Below are positions 1-12,000 of a stretch of DNA of 20,000 bases, one piece after another; position 1 is the first letter of the stretch, and every line of letters starts with the position of its first letter. This DNA is from an uncultured virus (IMG/VR IMGVR_UViG_3300046170_000536) (Duplodnaviria; Heunggongvirae; Uroviricota; Caudoviricetes). Under the pieces are notes generated by a model. It had not been told where the DNA came from and did no database searches. It worked only from the letters and a program-made list of their open reading frames with translations. The DNA lies in the IMG/VR virus record IMGVR_UViG_3300046170_000536; one strand, 5' to 3'. Position numbers and translations under genes: made by a program.

Positions 1-3000
1 CACCGACGGCCAGGAGCACATGGTTGGCCTGGTGTGGGCTCCCGACTCGGTCGCGTTCTACGTGGATCTGGAGCAGCCCCAGAGCGTCCCCAGACAACCC
101 CAGACTTACCAGAGCATCGGCTCCATCCCGGTGGATGCGTCAAAGGCCCACAGCTTCTCCGTTTCCCTGACGGAGGCTGAGGTGCTGAGCCTGCATGCGC
201 ACTACGTCTACGGGGGCTCCGACCCTCTCCAGGGCATTTCCCTCAACGGGCTCCCGATCGTCTTCGACGACTACCGTTTTGTCTCGGGCCCTGTTGGTAC
301 TCGCGGGCCCACGGGTCCAATTGGCTTGCAGGGAGAGGTCGGAGTCGGTGTGTCCGGTCCCACGGGCATCTCCATCTCAGGTCCTTCCGGGCCGGTTGGT
401 CTGCAAGGGATACAGGGACCTGTAGGTCAACAAGGGCCTCGAGGAGAGCAAGGCTTGAGAGGTTTTGTGGGAGATGTCGGGCCATCAGGCCCCCAAGGAC
501 TTCAAGGTTTGCAAGGAGTCCAGGGAGACAGAGGGAATGCCGGCCCGCGTGGGGTAAGTGGCCCCTCTGGCGATCAAGGCATCCAGGGACAGGTTGGAGT
601 CTCTGGCCCTGGAGGGATTCAAGGGGAGATAGGGGCCTCTGGCCCTCAGGGGATTCAAGGGGAGATTGGAGTCTCAGGCCCTCAGGGAAGCGTCGGTGTC
701 CAAGGCTTGCAAGGTGTCCAAGGAGAGATCGGGGTATCGGGGCCTCTTGGTCCACCTGGCGTGAGAGGCGATCCCGCCAATACGTACATATTCTCTGGCA
801 CCCTGGACCGGAGACCTGAGCGCCGACACTGCCTTTTGCAACTTGGATGTTGCGGAGGTTCCCACCACCCACGAAAGCCTGTTTATCTTGCACCCGGGTG
901 GGGGCTTGCAGGTTGCTGGCGGCGTGACGACTCGGGTGTTCATCGAGGTGCGCGTGACCGTCGCCCAGGCCGGCTACCCGGGCGTCCTCTCCGTGCATGC
1001 GGGGGACGCGGGGCTCTCTCTGTCCAACACGCTCCGAGCGGTGAGCTTTGTGGATACCACCTCTGGCGAGTCTACAGCTGTCCTGACCATGTCCGAGACA
1101 CTCGCTGCAGGTCAGCGCCTTCGCTTCTGTGTCCGGAGCCTTCAAGTGCTGCTCAACCTCCCTCAGCTTGGTGGTCAGAGCCGCCTGGAGGCGTTCACAA
1201 CAACCATGGCTGGTCACACGGGCGAGAAGGGCGCTACCGGCATCCAGGGAGTTGCGGGAGTCCCCGGTCCCGCCGGCTCAACAGGCGTAGGTGTGTCGGG
1301 CCCAAGTGGCGGCGCAGGGTTGCAGGGAATCCCGGGAGTTTCAGGCCCATCAGGTAGCTCTGGTGATGCTGGTGAACGCGGACCCTCTGGAGAAATGGGT
1401 GTGAGTGGCCCCCAAGGAGAATCGACAGTTGGTCCGAGCGGCCCAGTCGGGCCTCCGGGCGAATGCGGCGACTGCGGTGATCAGGGAACCCCGGGAGTTT
1501 CAGGCCCTGCCGGTCTCGGAGACCGCGGGGACTTCGGCCCTCCCGGCGCTGACAAGGTGTTCGCTCTGAGCATCGTCGAGCCGGTGGAGTTTGCGCTGAG
1601 CCCTCAGCACCCCGACTCGGCCTACCCCCCTTCCGAGGCGTCTCCTTACCCGGGGTCGCGCTACGCCCTGAACCACCCGGCCACCCCGGTGTCGCCCGCC
1701 GACTCCATGTTTGCCATCTTCAGCTCCGACCTCGTCAACGAGGAGGCCCACCGCGCCTTCGTCCCGGTCACCGAGGCTGACGGCGAGCGTAGCCACGTGG
1801 GGGGCTTCTCGGCGCCGGCGTCGGACCCCGCCCCGTTCATCGGTGTGGACTTCGGGACCCCGGTTTCCGTGCAGAGGGTGCGGGTGTATGCGGTCAGCCT
1901 GCCCGACTCGACGCAGTTTGGCCAGGACAACGGCCGCAGCGCAACCGACGCCGCGGTGCAGTACTGGGACGTCGACAACCAGGAGTTCCGTGATGCGCTG
2001 TCGAGCACCGGGCCCCCTCCTCGGGACGAGCGACGTCGAGGTGGTGACGCCTTACTACTCGACCGCCTGGCGCCTGCTCGTGAAGGGGAAGACGGAGGCG
2101 ACCCAGCCCACGAGCTTCCCCAGTGTGGAGTTCTTCGGGTACGCGGATCGGCGTCGCATCCAGTGCTCGGTGGATGTGGTCTACACGAGCGGGGTGTACC
2201 GCTTCGACACGTCCAGCGTCACCGCTGCCGACCCCATCGCCGTGACCGACGTCGCCTCCCGAGGTGCCGACGGCGCTGAGCGTCCCCCCAAAGATGCTCG
2301 CCAGCATGTCGCAGACTCCTCTCCGACGCGGCGACTACGTCGGTGGCCTCAGGGCTGGTCATCCCGGTATCCTTCGAGGCTCAGGAGGAGTACACGGCGG
2401 CGCTCGGGGTGTACCTCGGCGTGGCCACCGACGGCAAGCCCATCATCACCCTCCCCTCAGGGGCACACGGCGACCGACGGAGTGGTGGTGTACGAGGGGC
2501 CGGGAGTGCTACACAGAGCTTCCCGTGCTGGACTCGGCCGGCATCCTGGGCTGGGCGGTGGACGGCGCGCCCATCTACGGCAACCAGGGGTTTGCCGCGA
2601 CGGACCGTCACCTGGACGTGGATGCGAGCTTCGAGGTGACCACCGAGTCCTTCATCGAGCATCCCCAGGATGTGTATTACCCCCAGACCAACCTGGCGCT
2701 CCGGCTCAGCCTCCGGGAGAGCTCGCCGCTGCTCGCCTCTGCCAGGGGCGTCCTTCACCAAGGACGGCCTCCGGATGGGCCCGACGCTGGGGGCGCAGCT
2801 CAAGAGCCCAAGCGCCGTAGCCCTCAGGACCAACCAGCCGTTCACGGTCACCTTCTGGCTGGATATCACCATCCCCGGGAGTGGGGACTTCCTGCTGATA
2901 GGCTCTGACCAGGGAATGACGATGAGGGTCGAGGGGGGCACCTTTGTTGTGAGCGCCGGCAACGCCCCAGTCCACGAGGTTCCCTTCGAGGAGGGCTTCC

Positions 3001-6000
3001 ACCACCACGCCGTGTCGTACGACTGGCCAGGACTCTCGCTACTACATCGATGGTGTCCTGCGCAGCACGGACAGCGGGCCGGTCTACTACTTCAGCTCGG
3101 TGTACTCCACTATGCAACACTTCCAGATTGGCTCCAACACCTACACCTCCTCGCAGGCAAACAGCCCGACGGGGACCATGGCCGAGCTCATGGTGTGGAC
3201 CGGCTCGCTGGCCGCCTCCACCAGTCGCCTCCATATTCGCAAGCAGCCCTCCGGTGACGCGCGTCCTGCTTGACTCTCATCAGGTCACCGGGACCCTCGG
3301 TCTGCTCAAGGGGCGGAGCTTCACCTTCTCGAGCCTTGACAATCTGGTCCTGAAGACCCCATGACGTCATGGCCACGGGCGACACGGTTGTGTTCGCCGG
3401 GGACGACACCTCCCCGGGGGCTATCACCCTGGAGGTTGACGGGGGCGGCGAGCTGACGCTGGACGTTCGCGACCGCTCGGAGATTGTGTTCCCGTTCCTG
3501 AGCGACTCGTCCCTTGGCGTAAGGACACTCCTCAGCCGCAGCCAGACGAGCTTGGTGAACTGTGACCTTGGACGTGGCGGGCGGCATCATGTCGGCCACC
3601 CCGGAGTACCCGGAGGGCGTCTATCACTACGTGGGCATTCCCAAGAGGTTCAGAGGCACTCAGGTGGACCAGAGCAGCCCCCCAAGCCTCCCGTTCGCCT
3701 CGAGCGAGCCCCGGGTGGTGGCCGGAGCCGACCCCTCGCCGGCCGCGCAGTTCTCCGGGAACACTTCGGCCGAGGGGGGTTTGCTCGGCTCTCACGGTGT
3801 CCGCAGCGCCCTGGTGCTGTTCCCTTCGCCCTCGATGGCCGGAGAGGAGCTGTGCCTGAGATCCATCTACGACCCCTTCGTCGCACACAAGCTGACGGTC
3901 CTGCAAGGCCCAGACCCCGAGGTTGGCGGCGTGAGCGGTCCGATGGGGCCGTCCACCCGGGGTCCGAGTGGACCGCCAGGCATCCAAGGGATCGTCGGGC
4001 CCGTCAGGCGTCGGCCCGAGCGGCCCCGCTGGGGCTACGGGGCAGCAAGGGACACAGGGTATACAGGGTGATCCTGGCCAGTCCATCGTGGGACCGTCAG
4101 GTCCGATCGGAGCAATCGGCGCACAGGGACCTGCGGGTCCGAGCGGAGCGGCCGGTGAGTCGCTTGGGTTTCAGGCGTTTACTGTCGCTCCCTCGTCCTC
4201 TGGCATCAACCGCTTCGACGAGAACTACCGCACGACCAAGGCGGGCACCTACGTCAAGCTCCGCTTCGGGGTGCCCAAGGTGGCGGGCCTCCTGAGTACA
4301 TCGGACTTTGTGCACTACACCGTCGAGAAGGGGGGGAAAGGTGCTGGTGCACGCGGTGGTGTCTGCCGTCTCTGACCAGAACCTGAGCTACACCCGTTGC
4401 GCTCTTCCGCATGGATCCCTCAGACCCTACGGAGGTCCTCACCAACGACGAGGACGCCGCGCAGATCCGGCACTCCACCACCGTGTCCAGTGGGCCGGTC
4501 GGAGACGACAGCCTGAGGAGAGGCCAGCGCTGTGATGAGCTTCATCCTCGATGTGGTTCAGGGAGAGATATACACTCTGGCGATAATCACGCAGGACTTT
4601 GACCCGGCAGCCACCCTGAGCGCTGACATCATCTCGTCATCCTTCGGGATGCACCTGATCAATAGCGCTGGGCCCGCGGGAATCCAGGGCCCAACCGGGC
4701 CTGCAGGAGCTCAAGGTGTGCAGGGAGAGTCTATACAGGGAGAACAGGGCGTGTCAGGACCGGCGGGAGCTCAGGGCCCAAGCGGACCGGCTGGAACTTC
4801 TGGTCAACAGGGAGAAGCAGGCCCTCAAGGTGTTCCAGGTCAAAGCATCACCGGACCAGCAGGAGAACAAGGATCCCCTGGTAACACTGGACCTACAGGA
4901 CCCAGCGGGCCCAGGGGTTTGTTTGTCAGCGGTCCGGTGGGACCTTCAGGAGCACAAGGTTTGCAAGGCAACCCTGGTCCGGTAGGTTCGCAGGGCGTCT
5001 CGGGGCCGGACGGTGTTCAGGGAGTCTCTGGTCCTGACGGTTCTCAAGGTGTTTCCGGTCCAAACGGCGCTCAGGGTGTTTCTGGACCAGAAGGTTCCCA
5101 AGGTGTCCAAGGAGTTCCGGGAGCCTTAGGCCCGAGCGGAAGTGTCGGACCATCTGGTCCATCAGGAGATACCGGAGCTGCCGGGAAGAACTCCACCGGT
5201 GGTGGCGTGTGTGTGGTTTCACGCTACGTGGTTGGGAGCGACGTCTCCGACCGGGAGTTTTCGGTGTCGAACGGTCAGCTGCTGCTCTCCGGCGAGGACA
5301 TCTTCGGCAACGAGCTCGGCCCCCTGCTGGACCGTGTGTTTGACAGCCTCGTGCAGATTACACAGGATGGAAACGGAGGGGACGTCTTCCAGATTGGGCG
5401 CATCTTCAACCCGGTGGCGGTGCGTGAGAACACCATCCCGGTGTCCGACATCCTGGCGAGCCTTGGGGCGTTCGGCAGTTCCAGTGCCCCGGCCTTGCTT
5501 GCAGAGGTTGGCTCCCACCAGGTTGTTGTCGGTGACGATGTGAGCTTCGGCTTTGGTTCCAACACCTTCCGCTTCTCGGTGCAGCACATGGACGTCACGT
5601 CGAGCACCGCCTGCACAGCCGACCTGGAGCTCCGAACGGCAAATGGCGATGTCCTCTACTCCGGGTCGGTCTCCCTGACTGCCGGAGTCCCGAGCAGGGT
5701 CACCGTCGGGATGTCCGAGTCATTCGTCTCCGGACTTGTCCTGGAGGTGAGCAGCCTGTCGGCCCCCGAGGCTTCCCTAAGCAGGGTGGTGTTCTCCGGC
5801 TTCCGGGAGGATGGTTACATCACCCGCAAGGTGACCTACAACTACGTGCAGCTCACCGGGAGCCTTTTGATGGCCAACAATACCGACTACATCATCAGCC
5901 TGACTCATGCTGGGCCGAGCGGGCCTGCTGGAACGGGCGGAGCCGCCGGTGTCTCCGGGCCTCGGGGGGGAGCAAGGGTTGCAGGGCTTGCAGGGTATCG

Positions 6001-9000
6001 CCGGCGTGTCAGGACCAGCTGGAGGCGTTGGCTTGCAGGGAGATCCCGGGATCCAGGGGTTGCAGGGGGTATCAGGCCCAAGTGGCGACATTGGAGCTGA
6101 TGGGCAGGCCGGGCAGTCGATCACCGGTCCATCTGGCCCCCGAGGCGACCCCGGCACGGCTTCGGTGTACGCGAGCTTGATGTTCTCCCCGAGGAGTTTC
6201 TCTACAAACACACCTGATGCATTCACGGAGGACCCGGTGGAGCTGGAGAAGCTAATCTGCGAGGTGGAGGACACGTTCTTCATCCACTCCGATGGGGACG
6301 TCCTGGTCAACGGTGACAACTTAGGGAGACGAGGAATAGTCCTTCTAACAGTGGGCGCAGAGGTACAGTCTACGGGGACGTTCATCGAGCTCTTCACACT
6401 CCGGGGAGGAGAACAAGGGCCCACAGGGCCCCCAAGGTGCGTCAGGTGCGTCTGTTGCTGGCCCTCCAGGCCCTCAGGGAAATGATGGCATCCAAGGGCT
6501 ACCGGGATGCACAAGGCAGTGCGGGGCCCTCAAGGGTTGCAGGGGCCTGCAGGGAACGGTAGGCCCGAGCGGCCCGCAGGGAAATTCTATTCAGGGAGAA
6601 ATCGGACCGTCGGGTCCTGTTGGTTCTCAGGGAGGTCGCGGGTTGCAAGGTGTGTCTGGCCCGGAGGGGTTGCAAGGGAGTGTCGGTCCTCGCGGTCAGG
6701 CTGCCGTTTCTCGCCTGTTGTACGTTGCATACCAAGGTCAGTACACCCTGAAAGACGCAATTGGGTGTGGATGTGACCACTCTGTACGTTGGGTATGCAT
6801 ATCGCTTTGACCTCTCCGGCGTGCCAGAGACCGACGCCGTGTATTTCCTTCAGGCTAACGGACACGAGTCCTTCAACTCGGCCACTGTAACGGCTGGAGA
6901 CGTGACTGCCGGGTATGGCGGGGGCTCTCTCACCATCTACATAACCCCCGAGCTGACCAAGGTGACCCTGAAGAATGCATTCAGCCCCGATGTGTTCACG
7001 GATATCTCCGTCTCCACGGGCATCGATCCCTCTCTGGTGGGTGTGTCTGGCCCCCAGGGCGACAGCATTGTGGGACCGCAGGGCATCTCAGGTCCGTCAG
7101 GAGCACAGGGCGAAAGTATCGTAGGCCCAAGCGGACCCCAGGGAGACCAAGGGATCCAGGGACAGACCGTCGTGGGCCCGAGCGGACCTACGGGCGGGGT
7201 TGGCGAGCGAGGGCCGAGCGGACCCTTTGTGTCGGGCCCGCGCGGTTTGCCCGGGTTGGGTGTGTCCGGTCCGGCAGGTACCTTGGGTGGGCCGGCGTCC
7301 TTCGTGTACACCTACGTCCACAACGTGCTAAGCCTTCAGCCGTCGGCCGGGTGCGTGAGCGTCAACTCTAACTTTTCCATGCAGGTGTCCCTCATCGCGG
7401 TGAGCACGCTCAGCAACACCGCCCAGAACGTTGACGGCCTCTTGTCCGTCCTCCGCAAGGACTCCCTGGTAAGAGTCTCGTCTCAGACCTATCCCGAGCA
7501 GTTTGTTCTGCTGCGCCTGGATGGCATGGGCACTTACGGGGGCACCTTTGTCTCCTTCCCTTGCGTGGCGCTGAGCCGGGGCGTGGACACCCTGAGCTCT
7601 CTGGACGCCACCCCCGTCGTTCTGGACTTCAATATGCCTGGCGTCGGGCCCAGCGGCTTGCAAGGAGTCTCTGGCCCCACAGGAACACCAGGTACGCCAG
7701 GTACGGTTGGTTCTCTCGGCCCGAGCGGACCTTCAGGTGAATTTGGCGAGAAGGGCGAATCAATCACCGGACCTTCAGGCCCTACAGGTGGGACCGGAGT
7801 GTCAGGGCCCTCTGGGGGACAAGGGATACAGGGAATACGGGGAGCGATCGGGGTGTCGGGTCCGTCTGGGAACCCTGGTGAGGCTGGCGTACAGGGAGCC
7901 TTCCGGAGCTACTTCATCTCCACCAACAACTCGGTCGTGGACGAGGTGTACACGCCCGGGTCCATAACCTCCGACCCTACAGGTGAGCTCATGACCGAGA
8001 CGAGGGCCTCTGACTATTCCGGCACCGTCAGTCGCATCCGGATCTCAGGGCCTCACCTCCCGCAGAGCGTTGTCATTACCTCCGGGTCTAACACACTGTA
8101 CTCCGCATCCGACCCCGTGCGAGTGTCGGGGCAAGACATCGTTTTGGACCCCATCGCCGTGGAGAGCCCGCAGGTGACGGTCACTTATGCGCACGTCGTT
8201 TCCCCCGACGTAACTCTGATGAACCTCGCGGAGAAGCGCGTCATCGAGGACACCGCCGATCAGGTGAGCTTCCTGTTTGACTCTGGGGACTTGGACATCC
8301 TTGGCTCCACCTCCGTCCCGGTGCACAATGGCGCCGCCGTCCCGGTGCACAACGTCCTGGTGCGCATCGAGGGCGACGCCGCTCAGGTATCGTATGTGTT
8401 TGTGTACATTGACGGGTCCACCGCACTGACGCTCGACGGCTCCGTCGTGAACCTGTCCCCCGGGTTTGTGGCGGACGTCACCCCTCACATGACAAACACC
8501 TTTTACGTCGAGGATTCGGCATGGCTCGACTCTGACCTGTACCCCGGCGACCACAACTTCAACCCAGAGCTCTATGGGAAGCAGAACAGGCTCCCGAAGA
8601 GTGGCTCACAGATCAGAGTGCGAGCGGCGGGCACTGTGTCACAGACCGGGTCGCAGGTGCAGGTGTTTGTGACCGTGGTCGCTTCTGGCAACGAGCGGAC
8701 CACCATCGAGAACGAGTTCAAGGTGGAGCTCCTCCCGAAGGCCACCCAGGGCTTTCGAGTCCTGGGCGCCGACCAGCCGGTCCTGTACAGGGGTGTGACC
8801 TACACACTCGACGCGCGCAGGAACGGCACCGACCGGGTGTCAGAGGACGTTGGCTTGGTGCTGGAGGACGCCCCCGGCCTTCACATCGAGCCCTTTGGGG
8901 GACCCCACGCTGGGAGCCTCCCGGGGCGGTTCCTCCCCCATTGGGTACACCGTGAAGGTGCTCGGTGGGGGGTCGAGCTTCAAGGTGGAGTCTCGTGACG

Positions 9001-12000
9001 GCACCGTTTCGCACAGACTTTCAGGTTGAGGACTCGTATGGGGGTGACCTCTCCATGATCGGCCCTGCAGGGACGTACAGGGTGTGTCCGGACCGCAAGG
9101 CTTTGAAGGCGCCACCGGCGTCTCAGGACCGTCCGGGGGGTTTGGTGGGGTGACCGAGTCCTTCGTCTACTCGAGCTCTCAGGACGCGACCGGTCTTTCG
9201 TCGGGAGAGGTGCGTGTGCTCGCTGATAGAGTTGTCCTGTTTGCTTCTGTCGACTTTCAGGTACATCTCAACGCTCTCAAGGCCACGTACGGAAACGTAA
9301 AAGGGTACGCCCGCTTGCTCGGCCCCCAAGGCTCGCGCATGGTTACCGTGACTGACACCCTTGTGACCGGCGCCACGGGCATCATGATGGTTACCGTGCT
9401 GGAGAACGAGGGCTTCTTCGCTCAAGGTGAGAGCCTGACCCTCACCGTTGCAATGGGCGGAACGCGAGGAGCTCAGGGGGTTTCCGGTCCGAGCGGTGTG
9501 TCCGGGCCCGTGGGGGTTGGCGTGAGCGGCCCAGGTGGTGTGAGTGGAGACCCGGGAGTGTCCGGGCCAGCCGGGGTGTCCGGACCGGAGGGCGTCGGTG
9601 TGAGCGGACCTTACGGCGCAAGAGGCGTGAGCGGTCCATACGGAGCACCAGGGGTGTCAGGCCCTGCGGGTATGTCGGGGACCCGCCGGTGTGGAGGGAC
9701 CTGAGAGCTCGGTGCCCGGGGCCAAGCGGTCCTCCCGGAGAGCCGGGGACTCTGGGAGGTGCCGCCTTCTCCCTGACATTCTCCGACTCGAACGAGGCGG
9801 CAGGCATTCCCGAGGGCTCTCTGAGACTCGTGAGGGGCGTCCCCCCGGGTTCCAACGTCCCGCTCACGTGGCCCGACGCCAGCCTTCCGGCTCTGGCTTA
9901 CGGGAAGCTATGGGGGCTTTCAGGTCCTCCTGACCACGGGAGACACTCTGGTATTCTCGTCGGCGGGTTCTTTCTCGTTGTTCGAGGAGTCCACCCCCTC
10001 CAGGGAACGAGGCGACCGCCACCTTGAGGGCAGCCTCCGACTTTACAGAGTACTCTCAGCGCTTCGTCGTGCCCGGGACCAAATACTTCTTTGCCACGGA
10101 GGACCCGGGGCTGAACCTCACCGTCATCGTCAGCGCTCCGCTTGACGTTTCCCTTGGTCAGCCAGGTGGTTGTCAACGGCGAGTCGGTGGAGCCTTTCCT
10201 GGCAACCATAGGTGCGAGCACCAACCCGGTCAAGGGGTATGTCCGGGTCTCCCGAAGGAGCGAGATATCCACCTTCGTCCTGGCGCAGATCACCGACGTA
10301 GACAACGACGGTGGGGTGTACACACTCGAGGCCAGCACCGTCTCCTCGAGCTCCTCGTTCCCCTTTGTGGACGAAGATGACCTGGTGGTATCCTTCGCCA
10401 GATCTGGAGATATCGGTCCACGAGGCCCGACGGGCTCGCCCAGCACCGTACCCGGGCCGAGCGGACCGGCAGGACCGACAGGCGCCGCCAGCACCGTAGC
10501 CGGGCCGAGCGGGCCGTCGGGCATAGGAATCAGTGGACCGGCAGGACCGACAGGCGCCGCCAGCACCGCACCAGGTCCGAGCGGGCCGTCGGGACCTCGG
10601 GGAGTGAGCGGGCCGTCGGGGTCGGACAGCACCGTCCCGGGACCGGCAGGAGTGCAAGGGGCGGTCGGGCCGAGCGGGCCGTCGGGGTCGGACAGCACCG
10701 TTCCAGGGCCGCCGGGAGCGCGGGGAGTGAGTGGGCCGTCGGGGGATGCAAGCACCGTCCCAGGCCCGAGCGGCCCGCCGGGGAGTGCTCTCCCAGTCGA
10801 CAGGCTGTTCCGCATCGTCGAGACGGCCAGTACCACCAGCACCACGAGTGTGTTCACGACAACCTTCCCCGGCACAACCGATGCTGTGGTAGGGGCCCCA
10901 GACTCCTCATTCGCAAGCGTTCAGCCGGCTGGGACGCTCGCCCCCCCGACACCGGACCACGTCCTCCGCTTCGAGGACCCCGACACCGCGAGCATCCCCG
11001 ACTTCAGGAGGACGTTCGACAGCACCGAGTTCCTCTCCGGGGGCGTCCCCCACACTGCCGAGTTTGTCAACCGGGCTTGCACCGTGGAGACGTGCGACTC
11101 CTTGGTGGTTGCCGCTCCGGCGGACGCCCAGCTCTCCTCACTGACGCTCTTTGCTGCCGACGGAAGGGTGGTCGGGAACGCCTTTGGCCCCCGGGTGCTG
11201 ACGAGCATGACTCCCAGGACGGACTCTGCGCTGGATGTGGTTGTGACTCACAGCACTCCAGACCTGAGCGTGAGGGCAATCGTCTCGGTCGATGAGGGCA
11301 CGAGCTCCACCCTGGTCTGGTTCTCGAGCGACGTCTCGGTGGGGGTTGGGTCGCTCACCCCCGGCGCCTTCCACGAGATTTACTTTGCTCACTCTGCCAC
11401 CCACGACGCCCTGTATGTGGACGGGGTCCTCGCCAGCTGCCAGAGCGCCACAGGCTCCTTGGCGCCCGGTCAGAGGACCCTGACCATCGGGAAGTCCACC
11501 TTCACGGGGAGGCTTTTCGTTGACACGCTGGAGGTATATGACGGGTACCGGGCTCCTCATGCGCTGCGGGACGAGCCGGCCGTCATCTTTGACGGCGACT
11601 CCTACGCCCTTTCCGGGGTTGGCGCGTTCGGTATGCTGGTGGAGGCTGACCATGATGGGGATGTTTCTCCCCGGATTGGCTACGGTCTCCGGTCAGTCCC
11701 TGGACATCGAGGGGACCGTTGTCCCGGTTGGGTCGAGCTTCACCATGTTTGTGCAGGGCAGCCGGGTGTTTGTCGACAATGTGTTTGTGAGGCACATCCA
11801 GACGCATCCGGATGAAACTGGCCCCCTTGTGAAGAGGGTCAGGGTGTACGAGAGCCTCACGAGGACACAGAGGACCCTGGAGCACTCTGTGCTGAGCACT
11901 CTCCGCGTCGTCTCGGAAGCCTTCGGCCCGGGCAAGGTGTACAGGGTGTTCTCGGATAGCTGCGTGGTGGCTCTGGTTGGTGACACAGGACACCGTCACC

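Noticed and set aside
800..12000. Programmed ribosomal frameshifting or phase variation in the collagen gene
   Set aside because: No shared slippery motif or adjacent stop at the shift sites, dozens of events would abolish full-length yield, and the same +1 pattern occurs in unrelated enzymes.
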